Shown here: positions 52,470-61,817 of the stretch, piece after piece
Position numbering within the stretch: position 1 is the first letter of the stretch
Layout of the letters: the number at the start of each line of letters is the position of its first letter
Origin: Candidatus Marinacidobacterales bacterium
GTDB lineage: Bacteria > Acidobacteriota > Vicinamibacteria > Marinacidobacterales > DATDRI01
Reading direction: 5' to 3'
NCBI GenBank assembly: GCA_965219415.1
Contig: CBDCNP010000002.1
Span: 2,080,001-2,144,000 of the forward strand
Length of the DNA stretch: 64,000 nt
Made by a program: the position numbers and the translations under genes
Notes under the pieces: generated by a model
Databases searched by the model: none
What the model was told of the DNA's origin: nothing
The model's input: the letters and a program-made list of their open reading frames with translations, nothing else

Positions 52470-53837
52470 GGATGTGTCCCGAGGTCCGTGGAAAAAGAAC
52501 GGCGCCCTCCACTCCGTCATCAGAGTATCATATCAGGCGGCAACCTCCGCGCGTTCGAGAACCTCGCTCAGACGTTGGTAGCCGTCGATGCGTCGTAGTT
52601 GAATCTGGCCAGAGGCGATAAGCCCAAACAGCAAAGCGACCGCAGACTCCTCGCTGGAGAACGACGCTTGGGTTTTCGTCCGGCGTCGAAACTCGCGGTT
52701 GAGATTCTCCAGAGCTTTGGTCGTTCGAATCGATTTCCACATGGCACGAGGGAATTCGTAGAAGGTCAGCAGCTGATTACCGGCCTCCTCTAGGCTTCGG
52801 ACGACGGCCGGCGCGAGAGGCGTCCACTTGGCGACGAGCTCGTCATAGGCTTTGCGAGCATCGAACCCGTTCTTGGCGTAGACGATCCGGTTGTGGTCAC
52901 GCCGGAGCTCACGGCGTGCGTGCGCCGGGCAATGTTGGAGCAAGTTGGCGCGCTTGTGCTCGGTACATCGCTGCAACCGGCACCCCGGCCACTTCTCCAG
53001 CGCTTTCGTCAGCCCCTTGTGGCCGTCGCTGATCACTAGCTTGGGAGCCCGGAGTCCTCGAGCCTGGAGTCCCTCCAGCACGGAGCCCCAATGCGTCGAG
53101 GCTTCGCTCACCGCCAGACGCAATGACAACAGACGTTTGTGCCCGTCTGGCGCGACCCCGAGCGCGGTCAGTACGGGTACGCTGATCACACGTTTCGCCA
53201 TCCGCACTTTCAGGTGGAAGCCGTCCAGGTAAACGATCGCGTAGACCTCCTCGCTGAGAGCACGGTTCTGCCATTCCTCGAAGCGCTCCTTCAGCCGGCT
53301 AACCACGCGAGACACCGCGCTCTTCGATAGGTGCTCCTCACCGAGCAGTGGTTTCAGCGCTTTGCGGACCCGGCGGGCTATTCGCGCCCGACAAGTACGT
53401 CCCCAAGACCGCCTCGTCGACCTCACGAGTCCGGCGCGCGTACCGGGGCAACAGCTCGCTCCTGAACTCTGTCGTCTCTCCCGTTTCCTCGTCTCGCACG
53501 CGGGCTCGTGGCACCCGGAGCTCGCGAGTTCCCACCGACGTCGTCACGCGACGGGTTTCGGCTCCGTTGCGATATCCACGGCGGTCTTCCGCACGCTCGT
53601 AGCTACCACACCCCAGCGCTTGGTTGACTTCTTCCTCGAGCACGACCTCGATCGCCTCCAGTACCCGCATACGCAGCCGAAGTTGGACGAACTCCCGGTA
53701 CTCGCTTACAGACTCCTTCGATATGGTGGTAGGCTTCTTCATGGCGTAATCCTCCTCCTCGCCTTTCCAGGCGCGGTTTCGTTTTGCTTAACCGGAGGTT
53801 ACGCCATTCTTATTTCCACGGGAAGCGGGACGGATCC
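52470..53837 (-). mobile_element. IS256 family insertion sequence with 8-bp target duplication
   Basis: IRs GGATGTGTCCCG..CCGTGGAAA / TTTCCACGG..CGGGACGGATCC; GTAGGAGG at 52462-52469 and 53838-53845. Confidence 0.93.
52533..53742 (-). CDS. IS256 transposase (frameshift near 53380)
   Basis: GYRNG, YLDG, ISDGHKGL, QRCTEHK, ENLNREFRRRTK. Confidence 0.9.
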
Positions 53838-53907
53838 GTAGGAGGCGACTACGAAGACGTGTGGGAGGATTCATCTTTGTTGAACGTGTGACCTCCAGGA
53901 AAAGTGA

Positions 53908-54549
53908 ATGGGGAACACGCGCATAGTGAGAATCTGGGAAGATGGCCGTAACCTGACAACACACGGCCTAGCCGTCCACGGCCAGCATGAGATCAAGTTG
54001 GCGGTGGATGACGACCGCTTAATCAGTGAAGGCAAAGCGTTCCTTGAGACGATGATCGCATACGCGATCGACCATCGACGAATAGCTCCGGACGAGACTG
54101 TCGAGTACGGTTACTGGCTGACCAAGTTTATTGAGATCGCGCCGACCACTCTAGAGACTTGGGAGTATGACGCTCATGGAACACGCTTCGTCAGAGGCGC
54201 TACGCTAACGCTCAGGTACTGGAAGGAGCAACACGAACTGTGCGAAACAGCAGAATCACGATTCTCGCCGCCCCGCCCTGACAGACTCGCTGCGGTGGCC
54301 GCCGGTGTGTTTCAAGGTGAACCGGTTGATGCCGTTAGATACGTGCCAGAAGGCAACATGTCAGGATGGTGCTTTTTCACAGATCGGTATGACGGGAACA
54401 TTAAGTCACTGAATTATGAGCATCTGCATCATGTAACGGCGAATCGTCCCGACCTGGCGAAATACGTCGCACTAGAACCGGGTTTCTGCTTCGACCTCCA
54501 TGAACCCCAGAAAGTGTGGTTCGACGACAGCGCAGCCACCCAACAGTGA
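53908..54549 (+). CDS. Imm33/DUF2185-like immunity protein
   Basis: THGL..HGQHEI N-terminus; AVRY.P...SGWCFF, HLHHV..RPDLAKYVALEPG, VWFD. Confidence 0.72.
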   Translation: MGNTRIVRIWEDGRNLTTHGLAVHGQHEIKLAVDDDRLISEGKAFLETMIAYAIDHRRIAPDETVEYGYWLTKFIEIAPTTLETWEYDAHGTRFVRGATLTLRYWKEQHELCETAESRFSPPRPDRLAAVAAGVFQGEPVDAVRYVPEGNMSGWCFFTDRYDGNIKSLNYEHLHHVTANRPDLAKYVALEPGFCFDLHEPQKVWFDDSAATQQ

Positions 54550-54572
54550 GGGTCGCTCTCGAGAGAACGCCA

Positions 54573-54851
54573 CTAGCCGACCCTCCGTCGAGCGGCATCG
54601 ATCTTCTCCCGCATAAACGCTGCACCAAACACCTGCTCTGCGCTAAAACGATTGTGCGGGCCGCAGTGAAGCCGGAGAAACCTCTCGTCGTGGCTCCGAA
54701 ACAGAGCAAAGGCCCGCAGGTGCTCGATCTGGAGCCCGGTTCGGGAGCGACACCGCATCCCGTCCCGACCTCGGTATTCACATTGGTACCCCGCCCGTTC
54801 GTGGACGCGCTCGCGGGACCGCTGAGGGGATGTAACGAGACTTCGCGACGA
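54573..54851 (-). pseudogene. 3' part (HNH domain) of a split HNH-endonuclease gene
   Basis: KSRYIPSAV/RERVHERAGYQCEY...RC..LQIEHL...LHCGPHN. Confidence 0.75.
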
Positions 54852-54863
54852 CCTGACCCGAAA

Positions 54864-56252
54864 CTACCCTCCGGAAGCCTGGGGAGTGAGGGTGTATCCG
54901 AGAGCTTCGGCTGCCCTTTGTAAACCGTTGATGTGGTTTTGGCGAAAACGGTCTTCGAAGGCACGTTCGCCGATATCGATGTAATCGTGGCCATATTTGA
55001 GCATGCGGAAGACGAGCTGGGCGAGCTTGCGTGCTGTAGCAAAGACGGCGGTTTTGCCATCTTTACGGCGAGCAGTGCGGCGATAGTAAGCGCCTAGGGC
55101 GGTCTTGGAGCGGGAGAGAGATACAGCGGCCATACGTAAGGCACCGGCGATGCGATTGGAGCCGGCGCCGTTGCGGCGTTTGGAGAGTTGTTTACCGCCG
55201 GAGATAGGGCGACGTGGGGCGAGATGTAGCCATGAGACGAAGAATTTTTCGAAGGGGAAATCAGAGAGGTCGAATCCGATCTCGGTGAGGACAATGGCGG
55301 CGGTGGTTGGACTGATTCCGTCGATCCTGGTGAGGTCGCATCCAGCAAAACGCCACAGCTCGTTGCGCAGTTCGCTCTCGCCCCGATGCTGCATGTCGTA
55401 TCGTTTTTGCGGATTTGGATGAGCTGGCACGTTGTGGTGTCTGCGTTGTGGCGGCTGGAGTTCGATGAGCACTTCAAGGATACGCTGGTCGAACAGTTCG
55501 ACTTCGGCTTGTAGCGCATCGTAGAGACGCAGAGCCGATGCGAGGTTGAAAAGATGCTCGTCACGCCAAGTGCCGGTAAGATGCTCGGCGATCTCCTCTT
55601 CGCTCTTCTTGCAGCGTTGGTCACGAAATGCAGCCAGCTTTGACGGGTCACGCTCACCATCAACGATGGCGCGCACGATGAGCATGCCTGTGACGCCGGT
55701 AATGTCGGTCACTGCACGATGGACCTGAACGTTCATTTGGTCCAGAGATTTCTGTATCCATTGAATAGCTCGACTACACTGCTCGATGAGGCTGCAACGC
55801 TGTCGGTGAAGCGAGCGTAGGCGGCAGATCGACTCACCAGGACGAAACGAGCCTCGCAACAGACCACAGCTGTGTAACAGCTGCAGCCACTGACAGTCAT
55901 GCATATCGGTTTTACGTCCGGGGACGTTTTTTAACTGTCGAGCATTTACCAGCACCACTTCAAGACCCCGCGATTCAAGCAACTCATAAATCGGAATCCA
56001 ATAGACGTAGGTGCTTTCCATCGCAACCGATTCGACTCCTTGCTCGATGAGCCAATCCCCCATTTGATTCAAAGACGGTGTCGTTGGGGAAAACACCCGC
56101 ACGTTCACTTTACCGTCCGACAAGGCCGGCCCACATACCCAATGCTCACGACTGCCAATATCGATGCCTGCTACCTTCGACCTTGTCACCGGCAGCGATT
56201 GCGGCGACAGATTCTTCGACTTCCTACCACTCTTTTTCACGCGCTTGTGCAT
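54864..56252 (-). CDS. IS110 family recombinase (DEDD RuvC-like plus Tnp serine domain)
   Basis: GIDIG, MEST, KTDMHD, IDGIS, ISGGK, ATARKLA. Confidence 0.93.
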   Translation of the reverse strand: MHKRVKKSGRKSKNLSPQSLPVTRSKVAGIDIGSREHWVCGPALSDGKVNVRVFSPTTPSLNQMGDWLIEQGVESVAMESTYVYWIPIYELLESRGLEVVLVNARQLKNVPGRKTDMHDCQWLQLLHSCGLLRGSFRPGESICRLRSLHRQRCSLIEQCSRAIQWIQKSLDQMNVQVHRAVTDITGVTGMLIVRAIVDGERDPSKLAAFRDQRCKKSEEEIAEHLTGTWRDEHLFNLASALRLYDALQAEVELFDQRILEVLIELQPPQRRHHNVPAHPNPQKRYDMQHRGESELRNELWRFAGCDLTRIDGISPTTAAIVLTEIGFDLSDFPFEKFFVSWLHLAPRRPISGGKQLSKRRNGAGSNRIAGALRMAAVSLSRSKTALGAYYRRTARRKDGKTAVFATARKLAQLVFRMLKYGHDYIDIGERAFEDRFRQNHINGLQRAAEALGYTLTPQASGG

Positions 56253-56461
56253 CACTGACCTCACATGTATTTTTGTGAGTGAAGGCTCCGGCCCGAGATG
56301 GCGATTGTTAGGATTCTGACCCTGGGGAGTGCTTCCGTTCAAAGCCTCGCCAATGATAGGGAGCCGGCTCGGACCCAAGCTCGTCCTGGGGCATTAGTGC
56401 ACCAGTGGTGCTACGGGGTTTAGCTGCCGGGGCCTTCACCGACAACCCTTTTATCAGCTCA
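56253..56461 (-). ncRNA. Candidate IS110 bridge RNA region
   Basis: ~210 nt non-coding end with hairpins and short matches to the donor junction and left flank. Confidence 0.55.
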
Positions 56462-56478
56462 GGTAGTTTCTCGCCTGA

Positions 56479-57066
56479 TAGGGCCGGCCTCAGGAGGATA
56501 CTGGGCGACACTCGAGGGGCTGGGCGAGGATCGGAGCGGGGCGTCTCGGCCTCCGCCCGAGCTTGCACACTGGGTGGTAGGGTTAGAGCTGGTGGACACG
56601 GATTCTTGCGAATCGAGGGCGTGAAGACGGGCTTGGGCCGAAGGGCGACGAGGTGCTGCTCGGCCTCACGCTTAGTCATTCCGGCGCAGTCCGAAAGAAG
56701 TTTCTCCAGGTTGCTCTCGGTGAGGACGGGCGCGAGGAGACCTGCCACGGTAAGACTCATGCGGTTCCTGGCCAACGCTTCGAGTAGTTCAGGAAAACGT
56801 CTCGACACATTGGCCACCTGAATCCGTAGAGCGACTGAGCCCTCACTCAAGCGAAGCCGTCTCACACAGTAGTCGAAAAGATTCTTGTAGCCGCACTCGA
56901 GGTGGCCCTTTCTTCTCGACATCTCCGCGATGTGGGCGATAACGAGCGCCACGTTTCGTTTCTCGGCGCGGACCAGCTTTTCGGTAGAGTGGTCCAGATC
57001 TTCAGTCGAGAGGCTTTCGAGTCTCTCGAAATATGACTTCACGTTCTTGATCATGACTGTCGCCAC
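56479..57066 (-). pseudogene. 5' part (DUF222-like) of the split HNH-endonuclease gene
   Basis: LVIAHIAEM..R..HL..GYKNLFDYC..RLRLSEG...RI..A...RRFP, typical of this HNH family N-terminus. Confidence 0.78.
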
Positions 57067-57122
57067 CTCTTATGTGAAGACGATTTTCTTGCTCTTTAAA
57101 CGCCTTCAGACGACAGCAAATA

Positions 57123-58805
57123 TCAAGTGTTTCTTTCATTTTTTTCTGTGTCGGTAAGGCTAATCAAGTAACCAACCACCACCACGACCGCGCAGCCCAC
57201 GATGTTGTAGTAAAGATAGGAAATGTTCGAGACGCCCGATGTTACCGCGACGGCTAACATTCCCGCAGCGAGACCCCAAAACGCGCCGCGACCGGTGGCT
57301 CGTCGGGTGCCAATGGCCAGAACGAACACGCCAAGGATTGATCCGTAGAAGAAAGAACCGATCTGGTTCACGACTTCGATCGCGGAGCCGAGACGGCCCA
57401 TGTAGAGCGCAGCCCAAGTAGCAAGACCTCCCCACATCACGGTCGAGATGCGACTGACGATGAGGTAATGGCGGTCCGATGCCGAAGTCTTGAAATACCT
57501 CCGATAGAAATCGACCACGGTGGCCGTCGACAGAGAATTGAGCTCCGACTCCACGGTGGACATCGCAGCGGCGAAGATCGCCACCAGGATGAGGCCCACC
57601 ATGCCGGCCGGTAAAAAGGTAAGTACGAAGGTGGGGAAGATATAGTTCGTATCGTTGAACGGCTCGCCGTTCATCTCGCTAATGAGCTCGCCTACACCTC
57701 GTCGGGCACGAGAGAACCGTTCATCGGCGGCCAAGAAATCGAGGCGGTTCTGGCCCTCTCGGCCGCCCGCGTCGGCCAATGCCTCCGCCGCCTGGCGTCG
57801 TTCCTCGAACGCTAGATCAAAAGTCTCCTGCAACCTTTGGTATTCCTCGGCGTGATCGCTGGCTTCCAGTTTCGCGAGCTCGACGCGATTGAAGACCACC
57901 GGGGGTTTCTCGAACTGGTAGAACACGAAGAGCAAGGCGCCAATTAGGAGAATGATGAACTGCATCGGTATCTTGAGCAGGGCGCTAAAGAGCAGGGAGA
58001 GTCGGCTCTGGGTCAGCGAGCTCGCTGTCAGATAGCGCTGGACTTGGCTCTGGTCGCATCCGAAATAGGACAGCATGAGAAAAGTACCGCCCACTAGCCC
58101 GGTCCAGAACGTGTAGGTAACTTGTGGGTCGGGGTTGAAGTCGATGGTCTCGAGGCGTCCGGTAGAGCCTACGATGCGAAGCGCGCTGCTCAAGGATAGA
58201 GAGTCCGGCAGGCCATAGAGGACCGCTCCCAGACAAAAGAGCATGCCAAAAAAAATGATCAACATCTGCCACGCTTCGGTCCACATGACCGCCCGCATCC
58301 CCCCGAAGGCGGTGTAGACGGTGGCACCGAGGCCGATGGCTAGAATGAGTACCTTTTCGTCCATCCCGAAGACGATGGAAAGCACGACCGAGGGAGCGTA
58401 GATGACCACCGCATCGGCGAGGCCTCGAGACACTAGAAAAAGAAAGCTGGTGAGGCTGCGGGTCTTCCCGTCGAAACGGTTCTCGAGAAACTCGTATGCG
58501 GTGAACACTCGGGCCCGATAGAAAAACGGCACCAAGGTGACGCATAGAATCACCATCGCGATGGGCAGTCCGAGGTAGATCTGGATGAAACGCATGCCAT
58601 TGACGTAGCCTTGTCCGGTGGTACCGACCAGCGTAATGGCGCTCGCTTGAGTGGCCATCACCGAAAGGCCAATGGCCCACCACGGCATGGAGCGCTTGGC
58701 GAGGAAGTAATCCTCGATCTCCTTGTTGCCCCTTCCGGTGCGGAGCCCGACCCCGATTATGAAAGCGAAGTAAAGTAAGACGACCAGCCAATCGAGAGGA
58801 TGCAT
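57123..58805 (-). CDS. Sodium:solute symporter
   Basis: MATQASAIT, AYEFLENRF, YFGCDQSQVQRYL, AAAMST..SELNSL. Confidence 0.93.
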   Translation of the reverse strand: MHPLDWLVVLLYFAFIIGVGLRTGRGNKEIEDYFLAKRSMPWWAIGLSVMATQASAITLVGTTGQGYVNGMRFIQIYLGLPIAMVILCVTLVPFFYRARVFTAYEFLENRFDGKTRSLTSFLFLVSRGLADAVVIYAPSVVLSIVFGMDEKVLILAIGLGATVYTAFGGMRAVMWTEAWQMLIIFFGMLFCLGAVLYGLPDSLSLSSALRIVGSTGRLETIDFNPDPQVTYTFWTGLVGGTFLMLSYFGCDQSQVQRYLTASSLTQSRLSLLFSALLKIPMQFIILLIGALLFVFYQFEKPPVVFNRVELAKLEASDHAEEYQRLQETFDLAFEERRQAAEALADAGGREGQNRLDFLAADERFSRARRGVGELISEMNGEPFNDTNYIFPTFVLTFLPAGMVGLILVAIFAAAMSTVESELNSLSTATVVDFYRRYFKTSASDRHYLIVSRISTVMWGGLATWAALYMGRLGSAIEVVNQIGSFFYGSILGVFVLAIGTRRATGRGAFWGLAAGMLAVAVTSGVSNISYLYYNIVGCAVVVVVGYLISLTDTEKNERNT

Positions 58806-58809
58806 GGTC

Positions 58810-58959
58810 TCAGCGGCTGGTGAAATATGAGAACAGAAAGAGGAGAAGGTAAACTACAAGGGTATTTGCGATGACGACGGCGTAGAAACGACCCCAGGTA
58901 CCGAACACGGGTGGGAGCTCATCGGGATCGGCCTTCGACTTCGGCAATTCGCTCGACAT
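58810..58959 (-). CDS. Small membrane protein upstream of the symporter
   Basis: PPVFGTWGRFYAVV plus single TM; 4 bp from the SSS start. Confidence 0.7.
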   Translation of the reverse strand: MSSELPKSKADPDELPPVFGTWGRFYAVVIANTLVVYLLLFLFSYFTSR

Positions 58960-59019
58960 AAAGGACCGGACTCTGCGCGCATTATAGCCGACATGACCTC
59001 TCAATCGAGGAGAGCTGAT

Positions 59020-61671
59020 ATGAAACGCCTACTCGGCCTGTGTTTGATGTCTTCGACGATTTTGCTTTTTCGTTCCCCCGCCTCGGCGCAACTAGAGCCC
59101 ATTCCGGAGGACCGCGGCGCCACGGGGCTGGCCCTCGCGCTTCGCAAACTGGGGGCAGGTGCTACCTTCATGCACATCACCGCCCATCCGGACGACGAGG
59201 ACAACGGGCTGCTGGTGATGATGAACCGGGGCCGCGGACTGAGAACCGCGCTGCTCACCGTCACCCGCGGTGACGGAGGACAGAATCAGATCGGCACCGA
59301 ATTGGAAGAGGCCCTCGGCGTCCTCCGCAGCGCCGAGCTCATGGCGATTCATCGCATCGACGGTGCCGAACAGTACTTCACTCGCGCCTACGAGTTTGGT
59401 TATTCGTTCAGCGTCGAGGAGACGTTCGAGAAATGGGGCAGGGAGGAAATACTGGCCGACGTCGTGCGCATCATCCGCGCCGTCCGACCGGACGTCATCG
59501 TCTCGCTGCCGCTAGGCGGTGAGGGAGGTGGCCAACACCACCAAGCCTCGGGACAACTCGCCAAGGAGGCGTTCCGTGCGGCCGCCGATCCCGATCGGTT
59601 TCCGGAGCAAATTCAAGCCGGCCTGAGACCTTGGCAGCCCCTAAAGCTCTATTCCCGGCATTGGATCCTGCGCCGCGAGGATCGAGACAAATCCGATCCC
59701 CCAGGCACCGTCCCGATGAACACCGGGCACTACGATCCGATCCTCGGCCTTTCGTACTACCAGCTCGGTCTGCAAGCCCGGGCGAACCACTTGTGCCAGC
59801 GGATCGGCCAGCTGCGCGGTCTACCGGGCGAGCACCTTTCCAAATGGATCCCTCAGGATTCGGTCGTGCCGGTCGTTGAGGGAGAGACCGATCTCTTCGA
59901 TGGAGTACCGATGGGCCTGGATCGACTAAAGGTCTTCCTCATCAACGCTGGGCCGGGGATGGGTCTTCGTAGTGGACTCCTCGAGCTCGAGAAGCAGGTG
60001 GAAGCCGCAAACCAAGCGTACGATGCGAAGACCCCTTGGAAGACTCTCGAACCCCTCCGAGAAGGATTGGAAACCGTCCGTCGGCTCCGAGACATCCTCG
60101 CTTCCGGCAAGGTTAGCGAACCGGCTACCTACGAGCTCGAACACCGGCTCTCATATAAGGAGAAGAGCTTCACCAAGGCCATCGCTCTGGCACACGGCCT
60201 CGCGCTGGATGCGATTGCCAATCGCCGCGAGATCGTTCCGGGGGGCGAGCTCGAGGTCAAGGTGCGGGTCACGAACCGGAGCCCGGTTCCGGTCGAGGTC
60301 GTCTCGGTGGAGCTAGAGATGCCCGATGACTGGAAACAAGACACGGAAGGCGAGACCTCCGAACGTCTCGGAGACAATGAGAAGCTCGACGTTCCGGTCA
60401 AGGTCACAGCCGCAACCGACGCCGAGCCCGACCGCCCCTACTGGGTGAGGAACCGAGCGGTGGATCGTTACGATATCGTCGACCCTGAGCACCTCGGACT
60501 TCCCTTTGCTCCGGCCGCCATTTCGGCGCGTGTCACGTTTCGCTCCGGATCCGTCAACCTTTCGATCGAGGAGCCGGTGCAACAGCGCTACCCGGGAACC
60601 TGGGTCGGCACCGAAAAACAAGACCGGGTGGCTGTGCTGCCGAAGATCTCCCTGACCTTGTCTCCGAAGGTGATTGTGGTACCGGTCGTCTCGGGCAATC
60701 GGACACGGACCGCGTCGGTGGCGGTCCTATACAAAGGTACCGAAGAAGCGACCGGAAGCCTGCGCCTCGAGGTTCCCGAAGGATGGTCGGCGTCCCCCGC
60801 GAGCGCGCCGATTCGCTTTCAGAGAGAAGACGAGGCCACCACGTTGAAGTTCGAACTCACGCCGCCCGAATCCCTGACACCCGGAAGGTACGAAGTCGAG
60901 GCGGTGGCAAGCCTGAGTGGAAGTGATTACCGTGAGGGGTTCCAGAGAATCGCCTACCACCACATCCAAACTCACTATCTCTTCCGGCCGGCCCGCGCGG
61001 CGGTCCAAGTGCTCGACGTGCGGGTAGCGCCGGTACGTGTCGGCTACGTCATGGGCGTCGGCGATGAAGTCGCCGAGGCGGTGCGACAGCTCGGGGCGGA
61101 TTTGGTCATGCTCGATGAGAACGACCTCGCGGAGGGCGACCTCTCCCAATTCGACGTCATCATCACCGGTATTCGAGCCTACTTCAATCGTCCGGATCTC
61201 AGAGCCTACAACGAGCGCCTCCTCGACTACGTGGAGAGCGGCGGAACGATGGTCGTGCTCTACAACCGCCAAGAGTGGGACGACGCGCAGTGGGGACCTT
61301 ACCCCGCGAAGTACAGCCGCTCGCGCATCACCGTGGAAGAAGCGCCCGTCAGCATCTTGGAGCCCACGCATCCGCTGTTCAACTTCCCGAACCGAATCAC
61401 CGAAGACGATTGGAAGGGATGGGTTCAGGAAAGAGGAACCTATTTCCTCGGAGAGCGAGACCAGCGCTACCGAGATCTGCTGGCCTCCGAAGATCCGTGG
61501 GAGTACAACGCGGGTGAGAAACGAGGCATGCTCGTCGAAGCGCAATACGGAGCGGGCCGGTGGATCTATGTTGGCTTGACGCTTTTCCGCCAATTACCGG
61601 CAGGTGTTCCCGATGCCTACAAGTTCTTCGCAAACTTGTTGAGTCTTCCCAAGGCTCCGGGGAATGAATAG
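59020..61671 (+). CDS. Secreted PIG-L/LmbE family deacetylase with NEW3-like and GATase-like domains
   Basis: Signal peptide, AHPDDED, TRGDGGQN, GQHH, GWVQERG. Confidence 0.88.
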   Translation: MKRLLGLCLMSSTILLFRSPASAQLEPIPEDRGATGLALALRKLGAGATFMHITAHPDDEDNGLLVMMNRGRGLRTALLTVTRGDGGQNQIGTELEEALGVLRSAELMAIHRIDGAEQYFTRAYEFGYSFSVEETFEKWGREEILADVVRIIRAVRPDVIVSLPLGGEGGGQHHQASGQLAKEAFRAAADPDRFPEQIQAGLRPWQPLKLYSRHWILRREDRDKSDPPGTVPMNTGHYDPILGLSYYQLGLQARANHLCQRIGQLRGLPGEHLSKWIPQDSVVPVVEGETDLFDGVPMGLDRLKVFLINAGPGMGLRSGLLELEKQVEAANQAYDAKTPWKTLEPLREGLETVRRLRDILASGKVSEPATYELEHRLSYKEKSFTKAIALAHGLALDAIANRREIVPGGELEVKVRVTNRSPVPVEVVSVELEMPDDWKQDTEGETSERLGDNEKLDVPVKVTAATDAEPDRPYWVRNRAVDRYDIVDPEHLGLPFAPAAISARVTFRSGSVNLSIEEPVQQRYPGTWVGTEKQDRVAVLPKISLTLSPKVIVVPVVSGNRTRTASVAVLYKGTEEATGSLRLEVPEGWSASPASAPIRFQREDEATTLKFELTPPESLTPGRYEVEAVASLSGSDYREGFQRIAYHHIQTHYLFRPARAAVQVLDVRVAPVRVGYVMGVGDEVAEAVRQLGADLVMLDENDLAEGDLSQFDVIITGIRAYFNRPDLRAYNERLLDYVESGGTMVVLYNRQEWDDAQWGPYPAKYSRSRITVEEAPVSILEPTHPLFNFPNRITEDDWKGWVQERGTYFLGERDQRYRDLLASEDPWEYNAGEKRGMLVEAQYGAGRWIYVGLTLFRQLPAGVPDAYKFFANLLSLPKAPGNE

Positions 61672-61817
61672 TGGGTGCTGGACCCTCACCCGGCGTCTGA
61701 CCGACGCCTGGCTACCATGTTGATGGCTACTCACTGTTTTGGCGTCCACCATGAGCATCTCTGTCTTGACGCCCGCATCCCCCCAGAGGGAGAGGGAACA
61801 ATGGAAGAAGAGTCCGA

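Larger units (their letters stand above)
52165..53891 (+). pseudogene. Imm33/DUF2185-like immunity gene with nonsense codon, interrupted by IS256
   Basis: [21 protein letters not shown]...[10 protein letters not shown]...LELPPS*RFLVGG, resuming after the IS as DYEDVWEDSSLLNV*. Confidence 0.8.
54852..56478 (-). mobile_element. IS110 family element with sub-terminal inverted repeats
   Basis: GAAACTACC (54860-54868) / GGTAGTTTC (56462-56470), each 3 bp inside a repeated CCTGA. Confidence 0.85.
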
